Source: Lytechinus pictus (Eukaryota). From it: a stretch of DNA of 64,000 bases. How positions within the stretch are numbered: the stretch's first letter is position 1; every line of letters begins with the position of its first letter. A program made the position numbers and the translations under genes. This document shows positions 50,181-64,000 of the stretch, one piece after another. The stretch spans positions 4,466,001 to 4,530,000 of the forward strand of contig NC_087245.1 in NCBI RefSeq assembly GCF_037042905.1. The letters run 5' to 3'. The notes beneath the pieces were generated by a model. The model was given only the letters and a program-made list of their open reading frames with translations, searched no databases and was not told the origin of the DNA.

Positions 50181-53100
50181 TCAGTCAAGCTCTGAGTCAA
50201 GATCGGGTTGATTCTCTGCAATGTCCATGATTGTTAGGAGAGCATCAATAAACCGCCATACATCCAAGTAGTTACAGTACATAGGAGCTGGAGCAATGCG
50301 AATTACATTGGGTTTCCTCTCATCACACTGAAATTGATTATCACAGACAAAAAAAATGTAGGAAAAGAGGTGAAATGCTATTAATGTTTGGTCCCAACCC
50401 TGAAAACATGTAGATATTGATGAATATGCTGTTAAAAATAATTATCGCAGTACATTTGTTTGACAAAAATTTAACTACATTTTCTGAAGTACAGTAACAA
50501 TTTATGAGAATGCCGGGAAAAAATTCGAACTAAAACTATTTGTAAGCAATATTTCATTATTTTTGTCAGCCATGCATTGATTCATGAGATACTTAAAGGT
50601 CAAGTCCACCCCAGGAAAATACTGACTTGAATAAATAGAGAAAAATCAAACTAGCATAGTGCTGAAAATTTCATCAAAATCGGATGTAAAATAAGAAAGT
50701 CATGACATTTTAAAGTTTAGCTTTTTTTTCACAAAACAGTGATATGCACAACTAGGTGAGTCAGTCGATGATGTCCATCACTCACTATTTCTTTTGTTTT
50801 TTATTGTTTGAATTATACAATATTTCATTTTTTATAGATTGGACAATAAGGACCAACTTGACTGAACCATATATATTAAACAATGCTAATTCCACATGTT
50901 CAGGGAGGAATTAATCGTTGTATCACTTGACAATGAGGAGAAAATTAGAATATTTCATATTTCATATAATAAAATACAAAATAAATAGTGAGTGGATGAT
51001 GTCATCAGTCTCCTCATTTGCATATCGACCAGGATGTGCATATAACTGTTTTGTGAAATTAAGCGAAACTTTAAAATATCATAACTTTCTTATTTTACAT
51101 CCGATTTTGATGAAATTTTCAGTGTTATGCTTGTTGGATGTTTCTCTTTTTATTCAAATCATCTTTTTGTTGGGGTGGACTTGTCCTTTAAGTTCAGGTA
51201 ATGAGCCCAAAATGACACAAACGGTCTCAAAGAGTTTGGAAATAATGATGATAAAAAGCAATTACTGTATGCAGTAAGACTTTTTCATTACACCCAGAAA
51301 CTTATGCATGGAACAACATAAGCTGATTTTTCGTCATAGTTTGAATGTAGCAAGCATCTGAAACGCTATCTCCTGTGTGAACCTTCTTCCCAAAGTATTT
51401 ACCAACATAACAGTGAGTGTTCTTAACCTTTTCTACAACAAGATTTCCTAATAAGGGATACAATCATATGATTTCAATACAGACAATTACAACATTTGGA
51501 ATTGAAATTTGAGATACACTCAGTGTCTGTGAACAACCACCCGTCGTACGACACCAACCTGAAGATCAATGTGGCAAACCTGTCAAGTTTCCATTCTAAG
51601 ATGACATGATAGACTTACCACAATACCTCTCTTGCCCATCTCACTATGTATCCTGTTGATTGGTATGGAGAAGTAAAGGGATAGTTGGGCACCTCTTTCC
51701 TCTGGATTAGAAGGTGTAAGGATGGTGATAAACTCCTTGTTCTTCCTATGGGGACTGTCCTTACCAAAGTAATGACCTACCAGGTACTCTAAGTAACCTG
51801 TTAAGACCACTGACTTGGCTCGCAGCTCTGACATACTGGTCTTACAAAACACCTACAAAATAATTCAGGCATGATATGATAAATACTGACATAAGTTCAA
51901 TGCAAAGTAAAATTTTGTTTGTAAAAAGATCCTGAGACATTAGGATCAACAACACAATAAAAACAGAAATAAGTTATCATTTACCAGAAACATATCGAGT
52001 AGCAAGATATAACAAAACACACAGAGTGCACACTCTTATTAATCTCCAACAGCATATCAAGACAATTAATTAATTTGATTTTCAGTTTACTTCCAAAAGA
52101 AAAATAAAGTGACGGGGAGAATATCATGCAAAGAATTCAACAGAACAAGTAATAACATATATTTGATCTGGACATTAAAAACAGAGTTGTACATGAAAAT
52201 AAAGGCCAAATTTCAAAATACACTTGACATTGTGTATTTATTTCTATATATAGAGATAGGCTGCAATACAGACTTGGCATGAACTTACATCTAGACTTGC
52301 TCTCAGGGGACAAGCAGCAAAGATGGATGGGTTACTAAGGCGATATCCTGAGATGCCTGGAGATAGTTCAAGCTCTGCAACATCAAATAAAACAATGTAT
52401 ATCACATGAGGATGAGTAATGAATAGAGATCCATCATTTTAGAAGAAATTGACCCTGATATTCAGTTTTAGTTTTATTTGGCTAGTGGTTGCCCATAATA
52501 TAGGAAGAGGCTGCAGCTTTTGTCTTTATATTTATGAGTCTGATGCTGTTACACGAAATGTAAACAATTATACATCTGATGAGGAAAACTCTTGACAGTG
52601 GCTGCAAAGCAGCCCCTGCATATACACTCCAGTCTTGCTTTAAGTTGCTTTCTTTTGATCCACAAATGTCCAGTGGTACTGAGTAAAGACCTACAGATCA
52701 ACAAATTATAAAGGAAGAGGAAAAGCAATTTACATGTAGCAAGGCAAAAACAGTAAAAACTGACAGGTGAGCCTATTTTGAAACCACAGCAACAACGACT
52801 GGTTCATAGTCTACCGCAAGTAGATGTATTGCTTACAATAAGCGTAACATGAAAGATTCTGCAGCCTCTGCCTGTGGTCGAACACACCAAGTGTGATCTA
52901 ACAGGGCTTTGGAAGTCAACAAGGCCACGTTACATTGACTATGTTGTAACATGCAGTAAAATGGGAAGCAATTTCTGTCTACACAATCTAAAACTCCCTA
53001 ATATAACTACATGTACGTGAAAATATAGTTTATCCTTTATCTCTCACTTATGTTTCTCTTGAACATAGAGAGACCTGTTTCTGAATCCCAACACATGAGA

Positions 53101-56100
53101 ACTGCACGATGACCACAAAAGCTCTGTAAAAAATCACAGCCTCTAGCACCATATAACAACCTCTAAGCAAAAACTGTATGATGATTGCTGCATATGTAAC
53201 CTAGGCCTCACTTCTCAAAAGAAATGGCCGGTAGTAGTAATTTTAAATTATTTAACCATGGTTGCAGCCCCCCCTAAGAAAAAACACCCCCCCAAAAAAA
53301 AAAATAATAATGAATAAAAATAAAATCTGCCACTACATATCAGAATTCATAACTGAGCATTTTTCTAATGGAGGAATACATAAAGGTATATTGAGAAGAA
53401 AAAAACAATAATATACAAGGCAAATATTAATAGGCGGTAAGTGCTTGTTAAAATGATGCAACATTTATAGCACTTGAAGCAAATGCTGCATATTATTAAT
53501 AATGTGATGAATTAGAATTTATCATTAGGGATATTACATGAATTAATATTACAGAATAACAATACAAAATCTAGCATCAATCATAAATATACTTAAAAAT
53601 AAATTAATGCCACCAAACTTAATGTGAAATGATAAAATAACTTGTATTACACATGGGCATTTTCACGGTAACTGGCATTACACGGCACAATGTTTTCACA
53701 CCTTTCATTGTGTGTATCTCTAAAACAACAAATGATGGGAGTTTGCTTTTGATAGAGTTAATAAAGTGAACCTTGCTGTATAACCTGATACTAAGTTTTC
53801 CTATGTAACCACATTTTTTTACGCATCAGCAAGCAAAAATGTGTCGGTAACTGACATTACGCAAAAGGACATGCAATTTCAGGGTGTTCATTAAAATTGA
53901 AATATCTCATGTCCCTGAGTAGATAGAGTAATAATTTGAATATGTAAATATACCTCTGTTACTAGTTTAAGATGTGTCAAAATATTAAACAATTCGTTTT
54001 TGTTTTTTGGGGGCTTTGATAATTTTTCCACAACCATGCTGGTAACTGACATTACGGTAACTGACATTACACTTAATTTGCCATAGAGATAACACATGGA
54101 AGTCAAATGTGTGGAATCATTGCATTGTATCTTCTGTGCAGAGCTTCACATGAAAGTGAGCTTGATGTGGAAGTATACCAGAGTTTCTAGGAACATTTCA
54201 ATGAAAAAAAAATTTCTTTTTCTTAATTCCTTTCTTTGATTTGAACATTTTTATCATTACTTGTCGGTAACTGACAATACACATTAACATTTACCAGTGC
54301 TATATGATTTTCAAAGGCATAATTTTCTTGGTACTTATATGTAAGGCTTTTTAAAATCATAAAAGTTTCATAATACTTCACATTTTTAATTATCAAAAGA
54401 TAAGCATAGCAGCTACATGTTTTCCTTTATTTTATAATAATTTAATATTGCATTGACTGTACACATGGATTTTTCTGACTATACACCCATAATATATTCA
54501 TCAGTTTTATATTGACTTTTTAAACCTTTTCCTTCTTCAACCTCCCCCTCCCCTCAAAAAAGGCAAAATGAATAAGGGTCTCCTCCCCTAGGCTACATGT
54601 ACCCCTCCCCTGAATCTCATGCAGCCATGTAGTTTTATTGATTTCTATTCTGGTCAGTGCAAGCGATGCTTGTTCATATCTGTCGGATTTCAATTCTCTT
54701 CATAATTTGTTTAATCATTTTCTTTGCTAATTTCTTTTTTAAGCTGTCCACAAAAAATAAACTCCAGCTTCTAAACTGAAACTGAACTATTTGTAAATTA
54801 GAAAAAAAAAAAACAGTTTTAGTAGATCCATGCAACATTGATCAGAACTGTCAAATTTCACTTTTCATCTACACTTGTAAACCAAAAACAAAATTGTATC
54901 ACACATCCACACTACTAACAGGTATAAAAACCAGGAATTTACTTTTAGCGAGGCAATGCTCAAAAGAATCCTAGAAACTAAAAAAAGGGACCCTGGAAAT
55001 CCCCTTCATCACAATGTTAAGCTTAAAAAATGTTGCAGATTTAGGCAATAGGTTGGGAAAAGTACCCCCTACCCCCCCCCCCCCCCGATAACCAAACAAA
55101 AAATTGTCTGATACAATTAGGTACTTGGTAAGTGCATGTACAAAACAATTTCATAGTAATTTTTTTTTGCCTGATGGGAATGCAACTTCCTTCATAATTT
55201 CATATAGTATTCCTTGTGAACTATACCTTTTAAAAGTCAATAGCAAGCTCCTTCTGGTGTGACTTTTAAAGTGAAAGACTTAAATAGCAAGTATACAATA
55301 TTTCTTCTCCATAAAATTGACCACATATTTGCATTTCAATATTGGTAACCAACGTTTTATCATGGTAACTGACATTACATCTCTGTAACTGACATTACAT
55401 TTTCCACTTGGTAACTGACATTACATATATTTAATGGTACCCTATGGCTTCATTGTTAATTGGTAATCTTTAATTTTGGTGTAGAAGGGAGGGGTGTTAC
55501 CTAGAGAGGAAATCTACCAAGTTTCATTTAATATATCCTCTTTTCCAGGAAATTAGAAAAAAAAAGTTCATGTTTTCGGTAACTGACATTACATACCATA
55601 TCACATACTTCATCAATGTTTTTTTATCAGATGAATGAATTAATGGTGTTCCTTTCTGTGGGATTTTAAACAGTGTTATAATAGCAAGCTAAATCACAGG
55701 CGAAAACATCATGATCAAACCTGTTCTTTAAAAATCTGTCAAAACAAAATATGTATCAATATACTATTTTCAACACTAATTTGTATCCATACTTTGGCAG
55801 CCATTTTGAAATAAAAAATGGCTGCCAGAGTCAGAAATTTTTTTGTCTCGGAAACTTCAGGTCTTGTTTTATTAAAAAACATAAAGCATTTGACATGAAT
55901 ATCAACTTGATTTTTTTGCCTCTGTGTCCATCTGTGGTGAAAATGCCCACATGATCAATAAAATTAAATGATTAAATTCCTTCTAGGACCACTTTTCTCA
56001 GGTGTAAGGTCCCCTAAGTCTGTGCAGGGCCCCTTGTCTGTGCACACACGTATCTGCGCGATTCTAGCAAAAGAAGATACGCAATGACCACAAACTGTAC

Positions 56101-59100
56101 ACATGCAATATTTAGAAAGATATTCATTCAAAAATCTGACTCAAAATGGTGGAAAAATAATGAATTTCTGGCATTTAATGTGACAGCCTAAAAATGCAGC
56201 CTTTCTCATTAAATTCCCAGAATGTGTACAGTAAATAGGTGCACAGACATAGGGCACCATCTTTTTGTTCAATCTGAAAATGACTGGAGCAGGTTTTTTA
56301 CAAGAAAATCAAAAATTTCTCTAAAAATTTTATGAGATTTTTGGCACAATTACTCATAAGAATAAAAGGAACATTATCAACAGTTTTTTGTGAAATTAAA
56401 AAAGAATATAATGATTAATCTTAAATTAAATTGTTGGGTGCGCAGACATGCCCCCCCCCCTTCATATAATATATGCATGCAACATCTGCTACAATAACAT
56501 ATTACAGCCAATCGAATGAAGCACCAGAGAGCAGCAGATAGCATGCAGTAAAAATGCATAATATGCACTCTAAAAGTGTCAAGTATTTGCCCTACATACA
56601 AAGCAAGTGGATAGCAAGTGGATAGAAATATATATACATGTATGCAAGCAAGTGCTGTATGAAGGACTATACATGTATGTAGGTGCACGATACACTGTTG
56701 GGATCAGTGTTAAATAATAGGATTTTTAACTAGGCTTAATTCTTAAATGTGCAATGCCAATTGTTCTAAACAAGAAACAATTTTCTGTCATACATTCATA
56801 ATATTTTCAAGCCATTTCATTAAAAAAAATGCATAGGAAGTAGTAGGTCCATGGTTTAACTTCATGATGTTACAAGCAATGCAGGCATCTTGGGTATTTA
56901 CAATGTCGTACAAAAGCACACAGAGCAATTTTTTGTACCATGGGTGTGTTGCATTTAATTGTAATGCTTTCTACAACAACAAAGTTTGGTGGGTCAATAC
57001 TATATTAGTGCAAGTGGCCAAGCTTTTTTTTATATAACTATATTTAAAGTTATATGCTACTGCCATTATAAAGGTAGATAATGTGTGAAACAAGTATTTC
57101 CAATGCACATTTTGACTCGACAAACACATGATCCATCACCAAAAATGATCAATAAGTCAACAAACTGACTTCAATTAGTTTCATCCGCACTGAAGTGTAG
57201 AGATACATGTAACTTGTCATATCTAGTCCAAGGAGGAAAACGTTTGAAATAAGCTGCAGCAAAAACTCCAGCATGTTAGAAATGTTAAGTCTTTAAAAGG
57301 GTGTGAGTGGTCACAAATAAAAAGATCTGAAATAAAAAGAGCTCCCATACTTTTTGTACAGAGGAAAGCAAAAAATAAGCTGAAATTAAGCTGAAAATCA
57401 AAACCAAAAGAATCTGAAATCAGCTAAAAATCTGAACTCTCACACCCCTGATGTCTACATGTATGTTTGATGTAAATTTTAAACATCCCATTGTGGCTTA
57501 CTGAATGTTTTATGGTGAAGGGTCATAGATGTTCAATTCTAAAAGGAATTTTCATATTTACTGGATGGTAGCTGATGAAAATATCCTGGCCCAATCCCTA
57601 TATAAGGGGGGCATGATGGATTCGCCCCTGGAAATATAGAATTATTTGGTTTAAAAGAGTGAGAATATACAATAAAGGTAATAAAACATAATGAATGAAG
57701 TATTAGAATAAAATATCAATAATCACAATGTCTATTCTTAATAAACAATTTTGTTATGTGCAATAACTTAGGTGAGTGGGTTTCCTTATTTGGCCCACCT
57801 CATTATTTTTTGCAATGAAAATCATAATAATTCATGCCATTTTTTTTAAAGACTCAGGCAACTTTTCTGTCCGATTTTATAACACCATGGTGCACAATTC
57901 AAAAGTCATGCATAGTTTGGCCTACATGTAAGACTATAGAGGGTGTATTATAAATAGGTCTGCTAATGAGTTGTAGCCACCTGTGTCCATGGTGCACAAT
58001 TCAAAAGTCATGCATAGTTTGACCTGCATGTAAGGCTATAGAGGGTGTATTATAAATAGGTCTGTTAATGAGTTGTAGCCACCTGTGTCCATGGTGCACA
58101 ATTCAAAAGTCATGCATAGTTTGACCTGCATGTAAGATTATAGAGGGTGTATTATAAATAGGTCTGCTAATGAGTTGTAGCCACCTGTGTCCATGGTGCA
58201 CAATTCAAAAGTCATGCATAGTTTGGCCTGCATGTAAGACTATAGAGGTTGTATTATAAATAGGTCTGCTAATGAGTTGTAGCCACCTGTGTCCATGGTG
58301 CACAATTCAAAAGTCATGCATAGTTTGACCTGCATGTAAGATTATAGAGGGTGTATTATAAATAGGTCTGCTAATGAGTTGTAGCCACCTGTGTCCATGG
58401 TGCACAATTCAAAAGTCATGCATAGTTTGGCCTGCATGTAAGACTATAGAGGTTGTATTATAAATAGGTCTGCTAATGAGTTGTAGCCACCTGTGTCCAT
58501 GGTGCACAATTCAAAAGTCATGCATAGTTTGACCTGCATGTAAGATTATAGAGGGTGTATTATAAATAGGTCTGCTAATGAGTTGTAGCCACCTGTGTCC
58601 ATGGTGCACAATTCAAAAGTCATGCATAGTTTGACCTGCATGTAAGACTATAGAGGGTGTATTATAAATAGGTCTGCTAATGAGTTGTAGCCACCTGTGT
58701 CCATGGTGCACAATTCAAAAGTCATGCATAGTTTGACCTGCATGTAAGGCTATAGAGGGTGTATTATAAATAGGTCTGCTAATGAGTTATAGCCACCTGT
58801 GTCCATGGTGCACAATTCAAAAGTCATGCATAGTTTGACCTGCATGTAAGATTATAGAGGGTGTATCATTAAAAGGTCTGTGTCCTGCTGCAAAGCTTTG
58901 AATCCCAATCAAAACAAATTATTGCTTGATTCATACATAAAAAACAAAGTTTTGCAGAGAGTTTATCACTATTCTTTTTATCTTAACTTTCTCAAAAAGT
59001 TTCCATTAAAATTCAAACCTTATGTTTATTAAGTGTCATTAGCATTATGTATCTATTAATTTTCTTGTTCATTTTCCCATAGTTTCTTAATTTCTGTGAA

Positions 59101-61827
59101 TGATGGTTGCCATAATGTATGCTTTTCTGGTGGTCAATAGCAATGATCTATTGGGTGCTAAATATTGTTAAATTCCAGTGTACCTTCCTTGATTAGCATT
59201 ACAATATAAGCTATTAACTCTTGAGCTATTAGTACATGTGGTTTATGAAAATCTGTAGTATGGAGTGCCAAATTTGATGATAAGAAATACTAGTAGACAT
59301 TCTAACAAATTCTGATTTATTTCCACACACTTTAACGTAAATTGGGGTAAAAGAAAAAAAAAGTAATACTGGTAATTATAAAAGCCTGTCTAAAGCTTTG
59401 GTAACATTAAATAACGTTATCTGACTATACTCCTGTTTTACAATTACATTTTCTTGCCATAATCAAGCCATTCTAAGTATTACACTTTTTATATAAACAG
59501 AAAAGAGAGACAAATAATTTTAGAAAGGCGTCACATAAGGGGGTCAGACATACATGTATTTCATGGAATTCCAAAGAAGTGATCCATATAATCTAGACTG
59601 GCAATTAAAAACCCCTACAACCACAGACTTCACATGTTAATATGTGTGTGTATAAATATGTATGCTACAAAAACATAATTCCACACAAAATACATGTAAT
59701 ATAGCATTCCATTCCAATATTTGTTTAAAAAAATAGAATAAAAATTGTCACTACATGTATATGATAATGGTTAAATACATTCATGATGCTCAATCCATTC
59801 AAAAGAAATTTTTTGGCTTATCAATACAAAGGCCTATACTTTGAACCTAGTTAAAACTCACCATTATTCATGTCAAATCTGCTCTTAAACTTGTGGCCCC
59901 ACCATCCAACAAGCCTGATTGAAAACAGACACAAAACACAGTTATTATAATCTCTATTTCATATATTATATAGAAAATATGAGAGGATAAATTCAATACC
60001 AATGTATCTTATAAATTCAAATTCAAGGAAATATATTATAAAAATGTGTTTCATCATCCAAACAATTTACAGAGGTAAGCAGAACTGTTCTTAATGATTG
60101 AATAATTTTCACCAAATTATGCACAACCTGTACTGTGACAAATGGGTGTCATCCAGCTAAGGATGGCAGATATGAACAAAGTTATCTGTACATAAAGCAC
60201 TAACTCATCTCTTCTTGAGAGAGAAGTTGTAGGTCAGTGACCAAATGAAGCAATTATATCTGATTGAAACACTTCTTTATAAACATATCAAATATATCCA
60301 TTAACAAACACTTCTGACAACTACGTTTCTAGGTCTGCTCTGTGCAATATTCCATCGCACAGTTGACCTCAAGTATGCCAGGATTTTATCCAAGCAGCAT
60401 CGTTCATGAATATTTGTACAGATAACTCATTGACATGGGGTTGACTCAAAGATAAACCCTATTTTATCTTAGGCTAACAAAAAAATTAAAGGCCAAAAGC
60501 TAATGAACTCCAGCTTGACCAACCCGGCCTTAACTTTAGTTTAAGCATGCACTTTCTATAGCAGTTAAGCTAGGTATGTACAAAAAGCATTTGCAGCAGA
60601 AGTTATGACAGTTTTACCCATCCAGAGTTGCAATAATATTAACAATGAAGATCAATTCTAGTAAAGCAGGTACAAAGTTATCATATGATCTTACTTAGGA
60701 ATATTTCAGAGGATTGTAGCATCCTCCAGGAGTAGCAAATACAGGCCAACCAGGGGAGCATTTCAAATAGTCATTTCTCAGCAAACTTTAACTGACAACA
60801 AAATGAGTACCTAAAATCATACCATCTGATTAGCAGAGAGCAAACTTGGGAATGAAAATCACTATCAAGATTCTTAATGAAATTTTCGCTAAGATAACTC
60901 TGGTGATGGACACAGCGGGATATCAACATCCAAATGTTCTCAGATTTCCCACATGTGCCCATTATCACAATTTATGTACCTTATACTATAGGAATACATA
61001 CTTAGGTTCCATTGTGTCAGCCAGTTTAGAGTGAAGAAAAGCGCCACCCAAACTTCCAGCACCAGAATTCAAATACTGAAACATAGATATTGAAAATATA
61101 AATTTATCATGTCATGCACGCTAATGTATTAGAATAATCAGCTCATTTAAAGGTCAAGTCCACCCCAGAAAAATGTTGATTTGATTTTTTATTTTACATC
61201 CGATTTTGATGAAATTTTCAGTGTTATGCTTGTTCGATTTTTCTCTATTTATTTAAATTAACTTTTTTGGGGTGGACTTGTCCTTTAATATCTGATATTC
61301 ATTATTTTGAAACACATATAATTATCAAAATGGTTTTCATATCTTTTTTGTAAGAGCTGTGCTTTTTTCTTCTTCTGGCATTTTGACGATAAATGTAATA
61401 TGCAAAAACAAAAATCACTATTACTGAAATATAGAGTTAAAAGATAAGCAAACAAAGAGTTTTGAAAGGACAAGCTTTAAAGTTCACAAGTTTAAATGAA
61501 ACCATACAAGGTTTGAATAGTGACGCATGCCTTGATTTGATCAACTGAATAATTTGCAAATATAACCCACAAACCATATTAATGTGTCATGCATTAGTGA
61601 TGTGAAAACTTAAAACATATGGTGATAGTATTGTTTCTTTCATTTATAACTACCAATTTGACTCAACAGAATTCCTGTTTATTGCTTTCTCTCAGGAACA
61701 TTGGTGTAGTAAGTAAAGACTTAGTTACCTTGTATGTACACCAAACTGCAAAGTCCACATCCCAGTCATGTAGATGAAGCTCTACATTACCAACAGCATG
61801 TGCAAGATCAAAACCAACATAACAACC
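50181..61827 (-). CDS. KYNU: Kynureninase, 3' six exons (gene continues beyond the window)
   Basis: Exons 61729-61827 ([36 protein letters not shown] lysine), 61002-61075 ([15 protein letters not shown]), 59862-59914 (LVGWWGH...RFDM), 52289-52374 (GYRLSNP), 51619-51852 ([13 protein letters not shown]...[13 protein letters not shown]), 50181-50327 ([17 protein letters not shown]...TGA). Phases are consistent. Confidence 0.95.
50597..51187. mobile_element. Kolobok-like MITE (TTAA TSD, AGG...CCT termini)
   Basis: TTAA|aggtcaagtccacccc ... ggggtggacttgtcct|TTAA, with internal inverted symmetry. Confidence 0.8.
53655..55948. mobile_element. Sola2-like non-autonomous DNA transposon
   Basis: TIR gggcattttcac/gtgaaaatgccc; 4-bp TSD acat; about 9 internal ggtaactgacattac motifs. 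Confidence 0.7.
57885..58880. repeat. 102-bp minisatellite, ~9.6 copies (KYNU intron)
   Basis: Unit ccatggtgcacaattcaaaagtcatgcatagtttgacctgcatgtaagactatagagggtgtattataaataggtctgctaatgagttgtagccacctgtgt. Confidence 0.97.
61151..61284. mobile_element. Kolobok-like MITE, internally deleted 134-bp derivative
   Basis: Same TIRs and TTAA TSD as 50597-51187, with the interior missing. Confidence 0.8.
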
Positions 61828-62205
61828 CTGTGTGAATGCAGATTAAAAAGAACACACATTAATATAGGCATTTGGAAGGGAGTGTTCATACATGCAGTCT
61901 TAAGTGTCTGGACACTGGACAAAATACTTTCATAAAGATAGAGAAAGTGAGAGGTAGAAAGAGAAAGTACCTTTTAGAAACATATTTCAAAGGGGGAAAG
62001 TAGTTAGAGAATTTTACTCTTGATGGACAATCACAGGAGAGAATTATATATGCAGGTGAATATTAAAGCAAACATATAATCTAACTGATATTTAACAAGT
62101 TCAAAACAATACTTTGTGGCAGGATTAGATTATCATTCAAAGAGGTATCACACTGAGTGGTGAACAAAGCAATAACATTGGGTTTTGGTAGCTTGGTTAT
62201 AATTA

Positions 62206-63155
62206 AACAAGTGGAATGCCTCTGGCCGTCTCACCTGCATCACGCGATTCAATATAGCAGCAGTGCTGATTTTGAAAACTACTATAACTCGCACAAGATG
62301 TTCAGTGATACTTGGTTACTCTTATTTCCACGTTTTATGAACTAGACCAATACACTTATAGAGATATGATGGCAATTCAACAAATACCCCCAACGTGGCC
62401 AAAGTTCTTTGACCTTAACATGACCTTTGACCTTGATCATGTGACCTGAAACTTGCACAGGATGTTCAGTGATACTTGATTACTATTATGTCCAAGTTTT
62501 ATGAACTAGACCAACACACTTTCAAATTTATGGCTGTAATTCAACAAATACCCCAATTTGGCCAAAGTTCATTGACCCTAAATGACCTTTGACCTTGATC
62601 ATGTGACCTGAAACTTGCACAGGATGTTCAGTAATACTTGATTACTATTATGTCCAAGTTTCATGAATCAGATCCATAAACTTTCAAAGTTATGATGGTA
62701 ATTCAACAGATACCCCCAATTCGGCCAAAGTTCATTGACCCTAAATGACCTTTGACCTTGGTCATGTGATGTGAAACTCAAGCAGGATGTTCATTGATAC
62801 TTGATTAACCTTATGTATAAGTTTCATGAACTAGGTCCATATATTTTCTAAGTTATGATGACATTTCAAAAACTTAACCTTAGGTTAAGATTTTGATGTT
62901 GATTCCCCCAACATGGTCTAAGTTCATTGACCCTAAATGACCTTTGACCTTGGTCATGTGACATGAAACTCAGGCAGGATGTTCAGTAATACTTGATTAA
63001 CCTTATGGCCAAGTTTCATGAACTAGGTCCATATACTTTCTAAGTTATGCTGTCATTTCAAAAACTTAACCTCAGGTTAAGATTTGGTGTTGACGCCGCC
63101 GCCGTCGGAAAAGCGGCGCCTATAGTCTCACTCTGCTATGCAGGTGAGACAAAAA
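62206..63155 (-). mobile_element. Full-length Helentron/DINE-1-like element, same family (KYNU intron)
   Basis: Reverse-oriented copy with a perfect 12-bp subTIR pair gtctcacctgca/tgcaggtgagac. Core repeat spacing is 162, 163 and 192 bp. Confidence 0.8.
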
Positions 63156-64000
63156 TAATGGAGAAGAAAAAGAGAATACAAACAGAATAAAGAAGCTTAG
63201 AAAAGGATCTAGGATCAACAAAAATACAAAGAATAGACACTGATAAGAAAAAGTAATTACATTTTAAACTTGTTTCTTCTTCTTCGTATCACAGATTTAC
63301 AAGACAATCTACCAAAATACCATCCATGGCTGAAACTTTGCACATTATTATAAAGCTTTTACATGTATTAGATATTATGATCCCATGGTAACATGTGATA
63401 ACTACATTATTTTGCATGACAACAAGGCACTCATCTCATCCTAGATAGATCTGTCTCTTGGTATTATTACCTCCAGGCATGTATCATAATTGGGGCACAG
63501 TACAGTATTTACAACTGATTATTACATGTATCAAGGAAAGGTAAGTGATAAAATCTCAATCAGTTTGCTAAGCCTGTCTGTGATAAAACTATGATTGAAA
63601 ATATTCAGATATTAATTTTTTTATGTGAGAACTTACTTATAGCACAAGCAATTAAACCACAAAAGGAAGGTAAAGTTTTCTTGAAACGGTGATGACTCCT
63701 CTTTTCCTATCAAGGGACACGTACCCACAAAAGTACTTTGAAACCACTGCACTCTCACACCCAGTCACCCATGAATTTGTCAAAGACTGTTTACAAATTC
63801 CAGGCCGAGTATGAGGTTGGATACCTTGAAATATGTTCTGTTCAATAATATGTTATGTTCTATTCATTTTATAGAATACCGAAGCGATGACATCAGTTGC
63901 CATGGTGTCATGGCGGCCTGGTTCTAAACAAATGAACCCGCCGAATGAAAGCGTGTTTCTCATAGAAGAAAATGGCTGCTATCAGAATTTGATCGCTTGC

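Noticed and set aside
50918..51277. 119-aa ORF
   Set aside because: Lies mostly in a non-coding Kolobok-like MITE; no transposase motifs.
57885..58880. CRISPR-like array or coding repeat
   Set aside because: Contiguous units with no unique spacers, eukaryotic context, and no long ORF.

Overview
This is AT-rich, intron-rich animal genomic DNA. The repeat repertoire is most consistent with an echinoderm such as a sea urchin (inference). Three spliced protein-coding genes can be rebuilt with phase-consistent GT-AG introns: (1) + strand, ~3.2-21.9 kb, a GRL101/RXFP-like leucine-rich-repeat GPCR with the architecture CUB + 2 LDLa + LRR array + 7TM; (2) + strand, ~26.4-43.5 kb, an unrecognised 13-coding-exon gene of ~675 aa; (3) - strand, 50.2-61.8 kb and beyond, the 3' part of kynureninase (KYNU). 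Introns and intergenic DNA are full of non-autonomous DNA transposons (hAT-, Tc1/mariner-, Kolobok-, Harbinger-, Sola2- and MULE-like), Helentron/DINE-like elements with internal ~162-bp repeats, a LINE 3' end, a tRNA-SINE, microsatellites and a 102-bp minisatellite. The most striking feature is a ~0.9-kb near-perfect palindrome (17063-17956) with a 14-bp target-site duplication. Each arm carries a minimal type-I hammerhead ribozyme with a compensatory U3-A8 core, which points to a Penelope-like retroelement remnant. It is nested in a Helentron-like element inside a GPCR intron. All calls come from manual reading; no searches were run.
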